From Candidatus Poribacteria bacterium (GTDB lineage: Bacteria > Poribacteria > WGA-4E > WGA-3G), in assembly GCA_965215265.1 (NCBI GenBank), contig OZ244048.1:3840001-3904000 (forward strand): a stretch of 64,000 nucleotides of DNA. The letters are read 5' to 3'. Under the pieces are notes generated by a model that ran no database searches, had not been told where the DNA came from, and saw only the letters and a program-made list of their open reading frames with translations. Positions 29,853 through 41,366 of this stretch are shown here, in pieces. The first letter of the stretch is position 1. Each line of letters opens with the position of its first letter. A program made the translations under genes and the position numbers.

Positions 29853-30137
29853 CTATTTTTTCATAAAACACTGCCGAAACCGGTACCATCGCAGCCGCCA
29901 CATCAACTTCTTTCTATCAATGCGATGAACAAAAATCCGTTTTCCATCTATTTCGAGCACCGGAATTAAGTGCTTATATTTTGTAAACACACCGAGATTT
30001 TTTGTGATGTCAATCTCTGTGAGTTGAAAAATAGTGGCTGATTTCGCCGAAATCATTTGCAGTTCCGCTTTTGCTTCATCGCAGAGCGGGCAGTCCGGTT
30101 TTGTATAGAATTGAACCTGAATTTTTTCGTGTTTCAC
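29853..30137 (-). CDS. Glutaredoxin-like (DUF836) protein
   Basis: YTKPDCPLCDEAK, EIDI, IPVLEIDG. Confidence 0.85.
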   Translation of the reverse strand: MKHEKIQVQFYTKPDCPLCDEAKAELQMISAKSATIFQLTEIDITKNLGVFTKYKHLIPVLEIDGKRIFVHRIDRKKLMWRLRWYRFRQCFMKK

Positions 30138-30595
30138 ATGCGTACTTTTGTATCCATTAACATGCGTGCCGGTAGCGTGAAAAACTCGTGCCTGATTTCC
30201 GATGTAACTTCACTGTAAAGGAAAACTTAGATGATGTCAACTTATTTTACATATCACTTGAACGGCTTGGAAGAGATGAAACTGAAGTTTTTTGTGCTTC
30301 TGTTGCTGCGACCTCCGGCTCCTCGTTGTCCGAGGGTTCGCGTCGTCTTTTTTCGCAGCTCTCTTGCGCCGCGCGGACTCACAACTTTTCTCATACACAG
30401 ACTCCGCCATCGCCCCCACCCGCAACTCACAAAAAAAGTGCCGCTAAATCAGACACCCCACATTTTTCTTACAAATTTTTTTCAAATATGATATATTAAT
30501 GTGAACATCATAAAAATCAGCCTGACAATGTTGAAAACCTGCTTATCAGAGGAGACAACCGCATGCACAATAAACTCACAAAGCCCAGACTCGTC

Positions 30596-30660
30596 CCTCA
30601 ACTGCATCGCCCCAGAGGAGCAAACGCACCTCAACTGCATCGCCCCATAGGAGCAAACGC
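30596..30660 (+). repeat. Tandem duplication (about 33 bp) containing the RBS of the type IIG gene
   Basis: CCTCAACTGCATCGCCC(A/CA)(G/T)AGGAGCAAACGC twice, immediately before ATG 30661. Confidence 0.75.
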
Positions 30661-33600
30661 ATGAACAAAGAACACATCAGAGTCGCTCTTGCAGCAATAT
30701 CCACTGGCCCCTTTTTACAAACCGCGAAAAACCTGCTCGCCACGCTCGGCTACCGCAGCGATTTGACAGAAGCATTCTCTGGAACAGCCGGCGACTTTAT
30801 AGAGACTTTCCCCGCATTCAACTCAAACACTCAAACAGAACAAGCCCTCCGAAACCACGCAGCCTCGATACACTTCATCTTTCAACTCACAGACGCTGAA
30901 ATAGATGCCGAAACGCAACAGCGGTTAACCCTCTTGGAAGGAAACGATGCCGGAAGTTTCTTTTTCTTCGCCGTAGAACTAAAAGAGAAAACCTACTCCC
31001 GCGGTGCGTACGCAGAATTGACGCGAGAACTCAACAAGCGTCTGATTGTTCCGACGGTGGTGTTATTTCGTGTGTCAACCCGGCTAACCCTCGGTTTTGT
31101 GGGACGCCGTCCACACGCGCACCACCCAGAACGTGATGTTCTCCAACAAGTGACACTCATCAAGGACATTCGTCTGGAGGCGCCGCACCGTGCGCATCTG
31201 GATATCTTAGCGGAGCTGTCACGAACAGAATGCCTGAAGTGGATTGACGCCAATAAGAAACAGAAAAACTTAGCCGGGCTGCTATCCGCTTGGCTTGCGA
31301 AACTCAACACCGAAGCGCTCAACAAGCAGTTCTACCGAAGGTTGTTCAGCTGGTTCGAGTGGGCAGTGAGGGAAGCGAAGTTCCCGACAGCCGAGCTGAA
31401 TCCGTTGGGTCCCGAGGAACACATCATCCGGCTCATCACGCGGCTGCTCTTTATATGGTTCTTGAAAGAAAAAGGGCTTGTCCCCGAGTGGCTTTTTGAA
31501 GATTCCGGGCAGAGTGAGCAGGTGAGCCTGCAAAACAACGCGCCGTCTGAAGAATCTGAGGAGAGAGGGCGGGTGGGCCTGCAAAACAACGAGCCGTCTG
31601 AATACCCCCCCCCTTACAGACGTTAAGTCTTCTGCCGAACTCCACGACAGAAAGCAGCCTGCACGCACACCTCAAAAACTTTAACCCCGACACATCCGAC
31701 TACTACCAAGCCATCCTCCAAAACCTATTCTTTGCTACTCTCAACACACCCATAAATCAACGCGCCTTTAGCACACGCCGAAACCCAACCCACCGCGATT
31801 CAAGCAAATATCGCTATGCTGACCTCCTACAACAACCCCAAACCTTCCTTCAACACCTAAAGCACGTCCCATTTGTCAACGGCGGACTGTTTGACTGCCT
31901 CGATACCTTTGAGGCAACCGGCGACGGCGGCACACGCATCGACTGTTTCTCTGATAACAAAAATACTCGCAAAAAACTACACGTCCCCGCAAAACTCTTC
32001 TTTGACAAAACACGCGGCCTCTTTCCTCTCTTCGCTCACTATAAGTTTACCGTCGAGGAAAACACACCCATTGAACAAGAAGTCGCCCTCGATCCAGAGC
32101 TGCTCGGACAGATATTCGAAAACCTCCTCGGCACCTATAACCCCGAAACGCAATCCACCGCACGCAAAGCCACAGGCTCTTACTACACACCCCGCCAAAT
32201 CGTTGACTATATGGTAGACGAAGCACTCAGCGCATACCTCCTCCAAAACGTTAAACCCTACGACGGCGACACACAATATCTTGAAGAACGCCTCCGCGAA
32301 GACCTCCTCGCTTACGATTCCCAAGGCAACATTGATGAAGACGCACATCACCTCATTCATCCAGAGGAAATCCAACCCCTCATTCAGGCGATAGACGCAC
32401 TCAAAATCATAGATCCAGCCGTCGGCTCCGGGGCTTTCGCTATGGGCATCCTCAATAAACTCGTGCTCATCCTCCGAAAACTCGACCCGCAGAATCAAAA
32501 CTGGAAGCAGCGACAACTTCAACAAGCTGAGAACATACCAGATGCCCAAAGCCGCGAAAGCGCAAAGCAGGCAATAGAGGCAGTCTTCTCCAAGGCGAAT
32601 CACTACAACGACTACGGACGCAAACTCTACCTCATCCAAAACGGCCTCTACGGCATAGATATACAACCCATCGCCGTCACAATAGCAAAACTCCGTTTTT
32701 TCATCTCCCTCATCATCGAGCAGATACCCAACCAGAACCCTGACGACAACTACGGCATCAGACCCCTCCCCAACTTGGAGACGAAGTTCGTTGCCGCAAA
32801 CACCCTTATCGGGTTAAAGGAAGTAAAAACCTCCGAATTCCAGCAGCGCCTCGCAAAAGACGAGATTCAGGTGCTGCGTCAGAAGATTCACCAGCTGCGG
32901 ACAGACCATTTCAGTGCAGCCACGCGCCCCGCCAAACGAGAAGTCGCAGAGAAAGAAGAGGCCTGTCGTCAAGCGTTGATAGAAGCCTTGCTAGCCCAAC
33001 ACAACGCCTGGAAAACACATCAGCAAAACCGCATCAGTCAAGAGGTGGCGCAGCTGCCAAAAGCATCCGCACGCCAGAAATTGCGAGAACAACGCCAGAA
33101 GGAATACACCGTTCGCGAGAAAAAACTAACAGCCAGCGTAGAAGAAGCCCAGAAAATCGCAAACTGGAATCCATACAACCAGAACGCCGTCGCCGATTTC
33201 TTTGAACCCGCATGGATGTTCGGCATCCACCACGGCTTTCACATCGTCATCGGCAATCCACCCTATGGTGCTAAAATTCCGAAAGTTGAATTGAAAAAGA
33301 TTAAAGCCACCTTACAAGATACACAAAATTCAAACAGTGCTGCCCTGTTTATTGATTATGGCAAAAATCAATTGATGAAATCCGATGGGATTCTTGCCTT
33401 TATTGTTCCTAAATCTCTATTGTACTCCAAAACTTGGCAGAGTTTAGCCTTCGCTTTAGCTGAGAAAGCAGCAGTTCTTATTGATGTTGAACGCGCCTTT
33501 AAGAATGTCTTATTGGAACAAGTTGTTTTCGTATATAGTTCCCAGTCTAAAAACGATTTCTATACAGCACGGAAATTTATCGGTGATACGTTTACCCAAA

Positions 33601-34328
33601 CGACTCAGATTTCCAGAAGCTGTCCAAAAATGTTTGAGGCCTGGATATGCGATGTATCCAGCCATGAAATACGGTTAGGTTTAAAAATTAATCAAATCGG
33701 GATGCGTCTAAGTGAAATTTCAAAAAGTATGCGAGGTTTGTCGGTACAGAAATTCCTAAGTCCTACTGGTGAGATTAAAGTAATTGGGGGTAGAAATATA
33801 AGCCGCTACGGAATTGATGGCATAAGAGGATTTACATGCCGTGACACTCTTGATTCGACTCATGGGAAAATTCAAGCGTTACTTAAGCCAAAAATAATTT
33901 CTCAGAATATCGTGACTGCAAAAAAAATAAATGCCACCGTTGACAAAAACGGCGATATATTAGGAGTTGACACGGTCGAAAACACGTTTCTCACGAATCC
34001 AAATTTTAGCTTGAATTTTATTGCCGCTCTATTCAATTCTACATTAGTTAACTGGTACGCCCACCGGTTTATCTTTTGCTCTGCACTCATGACAATGCAC
34101 TTTGATAACTACTATATTGGCAAAATACCTATTCCGTTTGTGCAATCTGAAGAGCAACAATCTATCATTGAACTTGTGGATGGGGTTCTATCAGCGAAGC
34201 AAGAAAACCCTAAGCTAAACAGTGACGATGTTGAACGAAAAATTGATAAGTTGGTTTACGAACTTTATGGATTAACCGATGAGGACATCGCGATTGTAGA
34301 AAATGCAATGGGGTGGAAGGCTGGGTAA
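30661..34328 (+). CDS. Type IIG (Eco57I/TaqI-like) restriction-modification enzyme, split by a frameshift at a C9 tract (31605-31613)
   Basis: First frame LNTEALNKQFY..IRLITRLLFIWFLKEKGL. Second frame open from 31614: ILQNLFF, PFVNGGLF, DPELLGQIFENLL, GSYYTP, IIDPAVGSGAF, LYGIDIQ, VIGNPPY, TRD, IDKLVYELYGLT. Confidence 0.85.
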
Positions 34329-34809
34329 CGACTTCGGACTAATAGAACAGACGTATCGCGATGCAGGAATGACTGTATGAAGCACCACGCTCTATATTAT
34401 AGCAACCCACCAGAATTGCGGTTTGGAGCAAAACATCTGAAGTTGCGATATGAGCCGTTTTCACGAAAGAAACGCATGTCGGATCTTCTGAACGCAGTGG
34501 TAGTCTACTCTTGCGAAAACCTCTCGTGAAACTTTTCGTGAATGGGCATACTTTGAAGCAAAACATATGATTCTATCGTGCCTACTCTCAATTCACGAAA
34601 AAAAGGGCGTAAATAAAAAAAATTACGGGCACTTCATTTTCGCACTTTTCGTGGATATGCCGAGGCATTCGGACACTGGAGTGCCTTCCTACAGAGGAAT
34701 CTTGCAATTTCACGAACGTTCATAACGGAGAACTAAATCGCTCTATAGAAAATTAAAAAATTGTGGCTTAAAATTCAGAATTTCGGTATACTATTTACTT
34801 CTAAGTATA

Positions 34810-34995
34810 GGGGTATTGTGCTCACTGCTGAGTTACTCTACTTGCAGCAAAGTTGCTGACGCTACAGAATGGAAAGCACGGCGAACCTGCCTAATGCTGT
34901 GTGCGGGGGCTGCGATTCAGAGAGCGTACCTAAGAAGGAGTCTTGTGTCAGGGAAGCCATTTTTCCCTGTAACGCTTAATTGCGTATCACAAACC
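34810..34995 (+). ncRNA. Candidate structured RNA, possibly 6S RNA
   Basis: TATACT -10 upstream; about 186 nt. Ends can pair (GGTATTGTG/CACAAACC, GTTAC/GTAAC), with inner stems ACGCT/AGCGT, GAAT/ATTC, GCACGGC/GCTGTGT and hairpin CAGGGAA..TTCCCTG. Confidence 0.35.
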
Positions 34996-35078
34996 ATGTC
35001 GAAATTTGATAGCGAACGGTTTTCAATGGATTTAACTCACGCAAAACGAACGTACGAAAATTTGTAGGAAGGTAATGA

Positions 35079-35753
35079 ATGGATAGTAAACCCAATCCAC
35101 TATATACACTCGCCAGTCTTACCAGTATCTTAAGTGGACTGCTGATGGTAGTCTCAAGTTGTCTCTTTATATTTAACGTCATCCCAGATTTCTCAGCCTC
35201 TGCTGAGTCACAAGTTGATCAGAGAACCGGCATTCTACATGGCATTGGCGTTGTTACCCTCATCCTGATTGTGCCGACGGTTGCCGCCAATTATACCTTA
35301 CTCCGTTCGGAAACACGTGGTCGAAGTCTTTTAGGTGCGTTGTTCGCGATGCTATGGATCCTGATGGAATTGGCAGCGCACTGTTCCTTAACGGCCCCGC
35401 TTCGCTCACTCTCAGAATTATTGGTGAATCCAGAAACTGAGGCATTTGGAAGGGCGTTCTCTGCCATCTGGGAAGAGTGGGGTGAGGCCCTCTTTATGAC
35501 AGGGAGCTTCTTCTCTGTTTTAATGGCCCTCTGTTATGGACTAGCGTTTCACTCATGGGGGAATCCTCCGGCAGCGGCTCTATTCTTAATCTGTGCTATT
35601 GCTTTCCCGGTTGGCGTATGGCTGCTGGGCGGCATCCAGTTACATGTCCTGCTCCGCGGCTGTGCTTTTATCTTTATGGGCGGCGTTCTCTTGCGGGCTG
35701 CACGAGAGACTGAAACGGATTCGCTCGATTCTGTTAATTATTTTGACGTATAA
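35079..35753 (+). CDS. Hypothetical polytopic membrane protein
   Basis: About 6 hydrophobic helices, GGAAGG RBS. Confidence 0.7.
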   Translation: MDSKPNPLYTLASLTSILSGLLMVVSSCLFIFNVIPDFSASAESQVDQRTGILHGIGVVTLILIVPTVAANYTLLRSETRGRSLLGALFAMLWILMELAAHCSLTAPLRSLSELLVNPETEAFGRAFSAIWEEWGEALFMTGSFFSVLMALCYGLAFHSWGNPPAAALFLICAIAFPVGVWLLGGIQLHVLLRGCAFIFMGGVLLRAARETETDSLDSVNYFDV

Positions 35754-35880
35754 GCCGTGAGCACTCTGGTGCGGAGAATACAGCCAAAGCACTTCTAGGC
35801 AGAGGATGTCCAGACGCACAGAGAAAAAAAGACGAAATGCAAGTCCGATTGGTTTTGACACTGCAGATCGCACCTTTCGC

Positions 35881-36645
35881 CTATTCTTCGTTGAGTAACC
35901 TTTCTACCTCCGCCAAGATATCGGCGTTCTCATTATTCGGCTCATCGTCTGTCTCTGCCCCGAGACCCTCTAAATCGGCTCGGAATTCAATGAGATTCTT
36001 GAGGTAGTGCTCGCGTGTCACATTCTCAGCGTCGGGGTGCTCTTCGCGCAAGCACTCAGCACAAAATGTGCCAATCTGCTGGATACCTGCGTCAATGTTC
36101 CGTAATGCTTCAGCCGTCTCCCCTTCTTGTAGACATAATTCGGCTTTGGCGATGCTGTTCATCATGAGCATGTATCCTTTGTACTGGTAACTCTGCCATG
36201 CAATTTCCGGCGGTGCGTACCGTCGTGCGAGCGTAGTAACAGCCAGATTAATGTCAGTATCATACTGGACATCTTCCCACCGTTTGATACCGGAGAACAG
36301 CAGGTAGCGAGTGTAGCGGTGGAAAGCTTCCTCAAAGAGAACGTTCCATTCCTGCGGGGCGAGTTCGAATCCTTCTGGGGTTCCGTGCTCTTCTTCGTAT
36401 ACCTCTAATTTCTGGCGAAAATAGTCGTAGTAGGAATTTGCACCGTGTGGACGCATGCCGTCCGGACGGCCCGTAACGTACACACGCGATATAGTGAAGG
36501 CATTAGGTTGGACGATAATCACTTCTCTGCCGTCCTCAATTGTTAAAACGCGAATCGGGTTTTCAGCATCAAGGTTCAACACATCAAGAATCTTATCAAG
36601 ACTTTGAACCCACCGCGTGTTTCTTTCAACAGTATCGTTTTCCAT
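35881..36645 (-). CDS. Conserved hypothetical protein (resembles the N-terminal region of planctomycete UvrB/UvrC-motif proteins)
   Basis: TGRPDGMRPHG..SYYDY, GFEL..EW..LFEEA.HRY.RYL, YQYKGYMLMM, acidic tail. Recalled similarity only. Confidence 0.6.
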   Translation of the reverse strand: MENDTVERNTRWVQSLDKILDVLNLDAENPIRVLTIEDGREVIIVQPNAFTISRVYVTGRPDGMRPHGANSYYDYFRQKLEVYEEEHGTPEGFELAPQEWNVLFEEAFHRYTRYLLFSGIKRWEDVQYDTDINLAVTTLARRYAPPEIAWQSYQYKGYMLMMNSIAKAELCLQEGETAEALRNIDAGIQQIGTFCAECLREEHPDAENVTREHYLKNLIEFRADLEGLGAETDDEPNNENADILAEVERLLNEE

Positions 36646-36704
36646 CTTTTGTCGCGTCCCTTTCTGTCAAAATTGCATAATTTATAGAATCATTACTCTT
36701 ATAG

Positions 36705-39700
36705 TTACAACTGATGGCAATAGTAATCTTGGAGCGGCGTGACAGAAATTTCCCCACGTCGGAGGACATCAATAGCGTTGACTGCAGCTGCAGCACCGGG
36801 GATGGTTGAAAAAATTGGAATGTCATGCTCTATTGCCATTTGCCGGATTAAAAGCTCGTTCGAGCGATGCAAGTCACCTGTTGGCGTGTTAATAATCAGG
36901 GCGACAGCGTGGTTTTTGATATAGTCATGAATGGTTGGGCGCCCCTTGCCAATGCTGTAGACGAGCGCCGCAGTCATGCCATTCCGGAGCAAGACTTTAG
37001 CTGTACCATGCGTAGCGATGAGCTCAAATCCCATATCAGTCAGTTTCTTAGCGATGAAAATAATGGCGCGTTTGTCCTTATTTCTCACACTGATAAATAC
37101 CTTGCCCTTGAGTGGCAACGTGTAGCCACACGCCTTTTGTGCCTTCGCGAATGCTCGCGATACGTCGGTATCAATACCCATCACTTCGCCTGTTGATTTC
37201 ATTTCAGGCCCGAGACGTGAGTTTGCCCCAGGAAACCGGTTGAACGGGAACACGGGGGCCTTCACACTGAAATAGGGCGGTTCAATTTCTTGCGTAAATC
37301 CGAGCTCGTCTAATGTTTTCCCGGCCATCACGCGTGCAGCCAGTTTGGCCAAAGGTTTACCGATCGCCTTACTGACAAATGGAATAGTTCGCGAAGCGCG
37401 GGCGTTCACCTCAAGCACATAAATCTCATCGTTTTTTATCGCATATTGCACGTTCATCAAGCCTCGAACACGCAGGGCTTTGGCAAGCGCGTAAGTATAC
37501 CTCTTAAGGTTCTCAATCTGCTCATCAACCAGGGTATAAGGTGGGAGAACACAGTCACTGTCCCCTGAATGGACACCTGCTTCTTCAATATGCTCCATAA
37601 TTCCACCGATGACCGTCCGGTTCCCATCGGAGATAGCATCAACGTCCACTTCAATTGCTTCCTCAAGGTATTTATCAATAAGCACTGGGTGTTCCGGTGA
37701 AGCTTGCACGGCCGACTGCATATATTCGCGGAGCAGATTTTCGTCGTAAACAATCTGCATGGCGCGTCCCCCTAATACATAGGATGGCCGGACAATCACT
37801 GGATAACCGAGTGCAGCAGCAATCGGTGCGGCTTCTTCACTTGAGGTGGCCGTGCTATTGGGCGGTTGCATGATTCCTATTTCGTCCAACACCTCTTTAA
37901 ACAACTTCCGGTCTTCCGATCGGGCGATGTCCTCCGGGCTCGTTCCGATGATGGGTACCCCTGCGTTTTTAAGTAGCATCGCCAGATTCAGCGGTGTCTG
38001 TCCGCCGAATTGAACGATAACGCCAGCCGGTTTCTCCTTGTCGTAGATATTCAAAACATCTTCACCGGTCAGCGGTTCAAAGTAGAGCCGGTCGGAGGTA
38101 TCGTAATCGGTGCTGACGGTTTCTGGATTACTGTTAACCATGATGGTTTCGTATCCATCTTCCTTGAGCGCCATCGCGGCGTGCACGCAGCAGTAATCAA
38201 ATTCGATGCCTTGTCCGATGCGGTTGGGCCCACCGCCGAGGATCATGATTTTCGGGTTGTCTGTGTGCCGGACTTCATCTTCGCTGGAGCATGTTGAATA
38301 GTAATACGGGGTTTCGGCTTCAAATTCGGCGGCACAGGTATCAACGGTTTTGAAGGTTGCCTCAACTCCGAGTTTCTTCCTGACTTTCCGCAGTGTGGTT
38401 TCTTGTACGTCGTAGATATCGGCGAGCTGCCGGTCTGAAAACCCGAACTGTTTGACTTTTCGTAGAAGATGCGAGAGTTCGTCCTGTGAAGATAATGTGA
38501 CTTGACGGTTGGGCTGTAGTTCTGCCTGAAACAGTTTCCGGGTGTGTGGCGCTTCCAAAACCTTTTCAAATTCAACGATTTCTTGGAGGTTATAGAGGAA
38601 AAACAGGTCAATGTGGGTATAGGCGTTGATCTCTTCAATGCTCATACCGCGTTTGAGCGCCGTTTTGATGTAAAAGAGCCGTTCGACGTTAGGGACGGTT
38701 AATTTACTAGAAAGCTCCGAGAACGGGAGTTCCTCAAGCGGATGATTATCAAATCCGTGCCAGCCGGTTTCTAAGGAGCGCAAGCCCTTCTGGAGTGCTT
38801 CCTTAAAGGTCCGGCCGATCGACATCGCCTCTCCAACCGATTTCATTTGCGTCGTCAAGGTTTCATCAGTACCTTGAAATTTTTCAAATGCCCACCGCGG
38901 TATTTTGACGACAACGTAATCAATCGTCGGCTCGAAGCAGGCAGGCGTTTCTGCCGTAATATCATTGGGTATCTCATCCAAGTTATAGCCGACAGCCAGT
39001 TTGGCAGCCAGTTTGGCGATTGGGAAACCAGTGGCTTTTGAGGCAAGTGCCGAGCTGCGTGAAACACGCGGGTTCATCTCAATGACAACTTGTTGACCGG
39101 TCTCCGGATGCACCGCAAACTGTATGTTTGAGCCACCTGTATCCACCCCTATTTCGCGAATAATTTTAATCGCGGAATCCCGCATCAATTGATATTCCTT
39201 GTCTGTTAACGTTTGGATCGGTGCAACGGTAATGCTATCCCCGGTGTGAACGCCCATCGGATCGACGTTTTCGATGGAACAGATAATGACGACGTTGTCT
39301 GCCCCGTCGCGCATCACCTCTAATTCAAATTCCTTCCAGCCTATCACAGATTCTTCTATGAGCAGCTCGTTGATAGGACTTAGCGCGAGCCCAGCGGCTA
39401 CCATCTTCTCATATTCTTCGATATTGTAAGCGATACCACCGCCCGTACCGCCCAGCGTGAACGCCGGGCGAATAATGGCAGGGAAGCCAATTGGCTCGAT
39501 GAGCGCGAGTGCCTCTTGCACCGAATGCGCGATGCCGCTTTGCGGGACATCCAGGCCGATTTTTTGCATCGCTTGTTTGAACAAGGCACGGTCCTCCGCT
39601 TTCTGAATTGCAGGCAGCTTCGCGCCAATCAACTCAACTTCGTATTTATCGAGGACTCCGGATTCTGCAAGTTCAACCGAGACATTCAAGGCAGTCTGTC

Positions 39701-39974
39701 CCCCTAAGGTTGGCAGCAAGGCTTGCGGGCGTTCGGCGGCAATAACCTGTTCAACCGTATCCGCGGCAATCGGCTCAATATAGGTGCGGTCTGCGAAATC
39801 CGGATCCGTCATAATCGTCGCAGGGTTGCTATTAACGAGAACAATCTCATAGCCCTCTTCTTTGAGTGCTTTACACGCCTGCGTTCCGGAGTAATCAAAT
39901 TCGCAGGCTTGGCCAATAATAATCGCACCGGAGCCGATAATTAAGATTTTTCTGATGTCTGTTCGCTTTGGCAT
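36705..39974 (-). CDS. carB: Carbamoyl-phosphate synthase large subunit
   Basis: [18 protein letters not shown], duplicated ATP-grasp domains, [11 protein letters not shown]-terminal MGS domain. Confidence 0.98.
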   Translation of the reverse strand: MPKRTDIRKILIIGSGAIIIGQACEFDYSGTQACKALKEEGYEIVLVNSNPATIMTDPDFADRTYIEPIAADTVEQVIAAERPQALLPTLGGQTALNVSVELAESGVLDKYEVELIGAKLPAIQKAEDRALFKQAMQKIGLDVPQSGIAHSVQEALALIEPIGFPAIIRPAFTLGGTGGGIAYNIEEYEKMVAAGLALSPINELLIEESVIGWKEFELEVMRDGADNVVIICSIENVDPMGVHTGDSITVAPIQTLTDKEYQLMRDSAIKIIREIGVDTGGSNIQFAVHPETGQQVVIEMNPRVSRSSALASKATGFPIAKLAAKLAVGYNLDEIPNDITAETPACFEPTIDYVVVKIPRWAFEKFQGTDETLTTQMKSVGEAMSIGRTFKEALQKGLRSLETGWHGFDNHPLEELPFSELSSKLTVPNVERLFYIKTALKRGMSIEEINAYTHIDLFFLYNLQEIVEFEKVLEAPHTRKLFQAELQPNRQVTLSSQDELSHLLRKVKQFGFSDRQLADIYDVQETTLRKVRKKLGVEATFKTVDTCAAEFEAETPYYYSTCSSEDEVRHTDNPKIMILGGGPNRIGQGIEFDYCCVHAAMALKEDGYETIMVNSNPETVSTDYDTSDRLYFEPLTGEDVLNIYDKEKPAGVIVQFGGQTPLNLAMLLKNAGVPIIGTSPEDIARSEDRKLFKEVLDEIGIMQPPNSTATSSEEAAPIAAALGYPVIVRPSYVLGGRAMQIVYDENLLREYMQSAVQASPEHPVLIDKYLEEAIEVDVDAISDGNRTVIGGIMEHIEEAGVHSGDSDCVLPPYTLVDEQIENLKRYTYALAKALRVRGLMNVQYAIKNDEIYVLEVNARASRTIPFVSKAIGKPLAKLAARVMAGKTLDELGFTQEIEPPYFSVKAPVFPFNRFPGANSRLGPEMKSTGEVMGIDTDVSRAFAKAQKACGYTLPLKGKVFISVRNKDKRAIIFIAKKLTDMGFELIATHGTAKVLLRNGMTAALVYSIGKGRPTIHDYIKNHAVALIINTPTGDLHRSNELLIRQMAIEHDIPIFSTIPGAAAAVNAIDVLRRGEISVTPLQDYYCHQL

Positions 39975-40100
39975 TTTTTATCTATTTGCCTTGTTGTAAG
40001 CCGGTGCTACGGAAATCCAGGCTGACACGGCGTTGTCACTGCCGGGATAATCTTTTCACTCTGCTGCGCGCTCTACATACCATCACACGTCTCGTGGGTA

Positions 40101-41270
40101 TTATGTGCACGTCTCCTCCATCATTTGTGTAAACTTTGAAAAGAGATAACTCGCATCATGCGGGCCGGGGGAGGCCTCCGGGTGATATTGCACAGAGAAA
40201 ACAGGATAGTCCCGATGCTGTATTCCTTCAAGGGTATCATCATTTAAGTTAATATGGGTTACGTCAACGCTGCTCGGCAGTGAATCAATGTCCACGCAGA
40301 ACCCATGATTTTGGGAGGTGATTTCAACCTGACCGGTTTCGAAGTGTTTGACCGGTTGATTCGCACCGCGATGTCCAAACTTTAGTTTATAGGTTTTTCC
40401 ACCCAAGGCGAGCCCCAGCAGTTGATGTCCCAAACAGATTCCGAAGAGCGGTTTTTTGCCTATAAGTTGCTGGATCGTCTGAATTGCGTAGTCAATCGGC
40501 ATCGGGTCCCCGGGCCCGTTCGAGAGAAACACGCCATCAGGCTCGCCAGCGAGAATTTCTTCAGCGGATGTTTTCGCTGGAACAACTTGCACCTCACAGC
40601 CATGCGTCGTCAGCTGCCGGAGTATATTATATTTGATGCCGAAGTCAACTGCAACCACGCGGTATTTCCGGTTTCTGGCTGCTCCATGCGGAGTGGGCCC
40701 CACGACGCGCGCGTTTGGTTGATGTTGAAAGTGCCAGCCGTTCTGCCTCTCGTAAGCCGGCCGGTCCTTCCAGGCATACGGGTTCGGACAAGTGACGCGT
40801 TGCACAAGATCCCATCCGACCAGGCCGTGCCACGCGTGTGCCTTCGCGATGAGTTTTGCCCCATCGGATTCTTCCGTAGAGAGACATCCGTTCATCACCC
40901 CGTGGACACGCAGTCGACGTGTGAGCGCGCGGGTATCCACACCTTGGATGCCGAGGATGCCGTGTTCTGCTAAGTAGGTGTCCAAACTCCATTTGGAACG
41001 CCAATTGCTGTGGTACGCGCTGTACTCCCGCACGACGAACCCCTCCACTTGCGGACGGATGGATTCAATGTCTGTTTCGTTACAGCCATAATTGCCAATT
41101 AACGGATAAGTCATTGTGACAAGCTGCCCTTTATAGGAGGGATCTGTCAACACTTCCTGATAGCCGGTCATGCTGGTGTTAAAAACAACTTCGCCGACAG
41201 TTTCGCCGGTTGCCCCAAACTGCTCGCCTTCAAAGAGCGTGCCGTCGGCTAAGGCAAGAATCGCTTTCAT
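40101..41270 (-). CDS. carA: Carbamoyl-phosphate synthase small subunit
   Basis: GEVVFNTSMTGYQE, SNGPGDP, FGICLGHQ, TSQNHGF, QYHPE. Confidence 0.97.
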   Translation of the reverse strand: MKAILALADGTLFEGEQFGATGETVGEVVFNTSMTGYQEVLTDPSYKGQLVTMTYPLIGNYGCNETDIESIRPQVEGFVVREYSAYHSNWRSKWSLDTYLAEHGILGIQGVDTRALTRRLRVHGVMNGCLSTEESDGAKLIAKAHAWHGLVGWDLVQRVTCPNPYAWKDRPAYERQNGWHFQHQPNARVVGPTPHGAARNRKYRVVAVDFGIKYNILRQLTTHGCEVQVVPAKTSAEEILAGEPDGVFLSNGPGDPMPIDYAIQTIQQLIGKKPLFGICLGHQLLGLALGGKTYKLKFGHRGANQPVKHFETGQVEITSQNHGFCVDIDSLPSSVDVTHINLNDDTLEGIQHRDYPVFSVQYHPEASPGPHDASYLFSKFTQMMEETCT

Positions 41271-41366
41271 AATTTTTTATTTCATTCCTTGTTCGGAGCT
41301 TAGCAATTCCGAACCTATTTCATGCCTGAACGTCAAATCACATCAAAAACTGCCAGAGTACTTTAT

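Noticed and set aside
31977-32666. 229-aa minus-strand ORF and other antisense ORFs over guaB, carA, carB, pyrC and the aldolase
   Set aside because: Shadow ORFs opposite well-supported genes, favoured by codon bias, with no motifs.
34810-34995. tmRNA, SRP RNA or RNase P identity for the RNA candidate
   Set aside because: Signature motifs are absent: no tRNA-like ends, no SRP GGAA loop context, no GAGGAAAGUCC.
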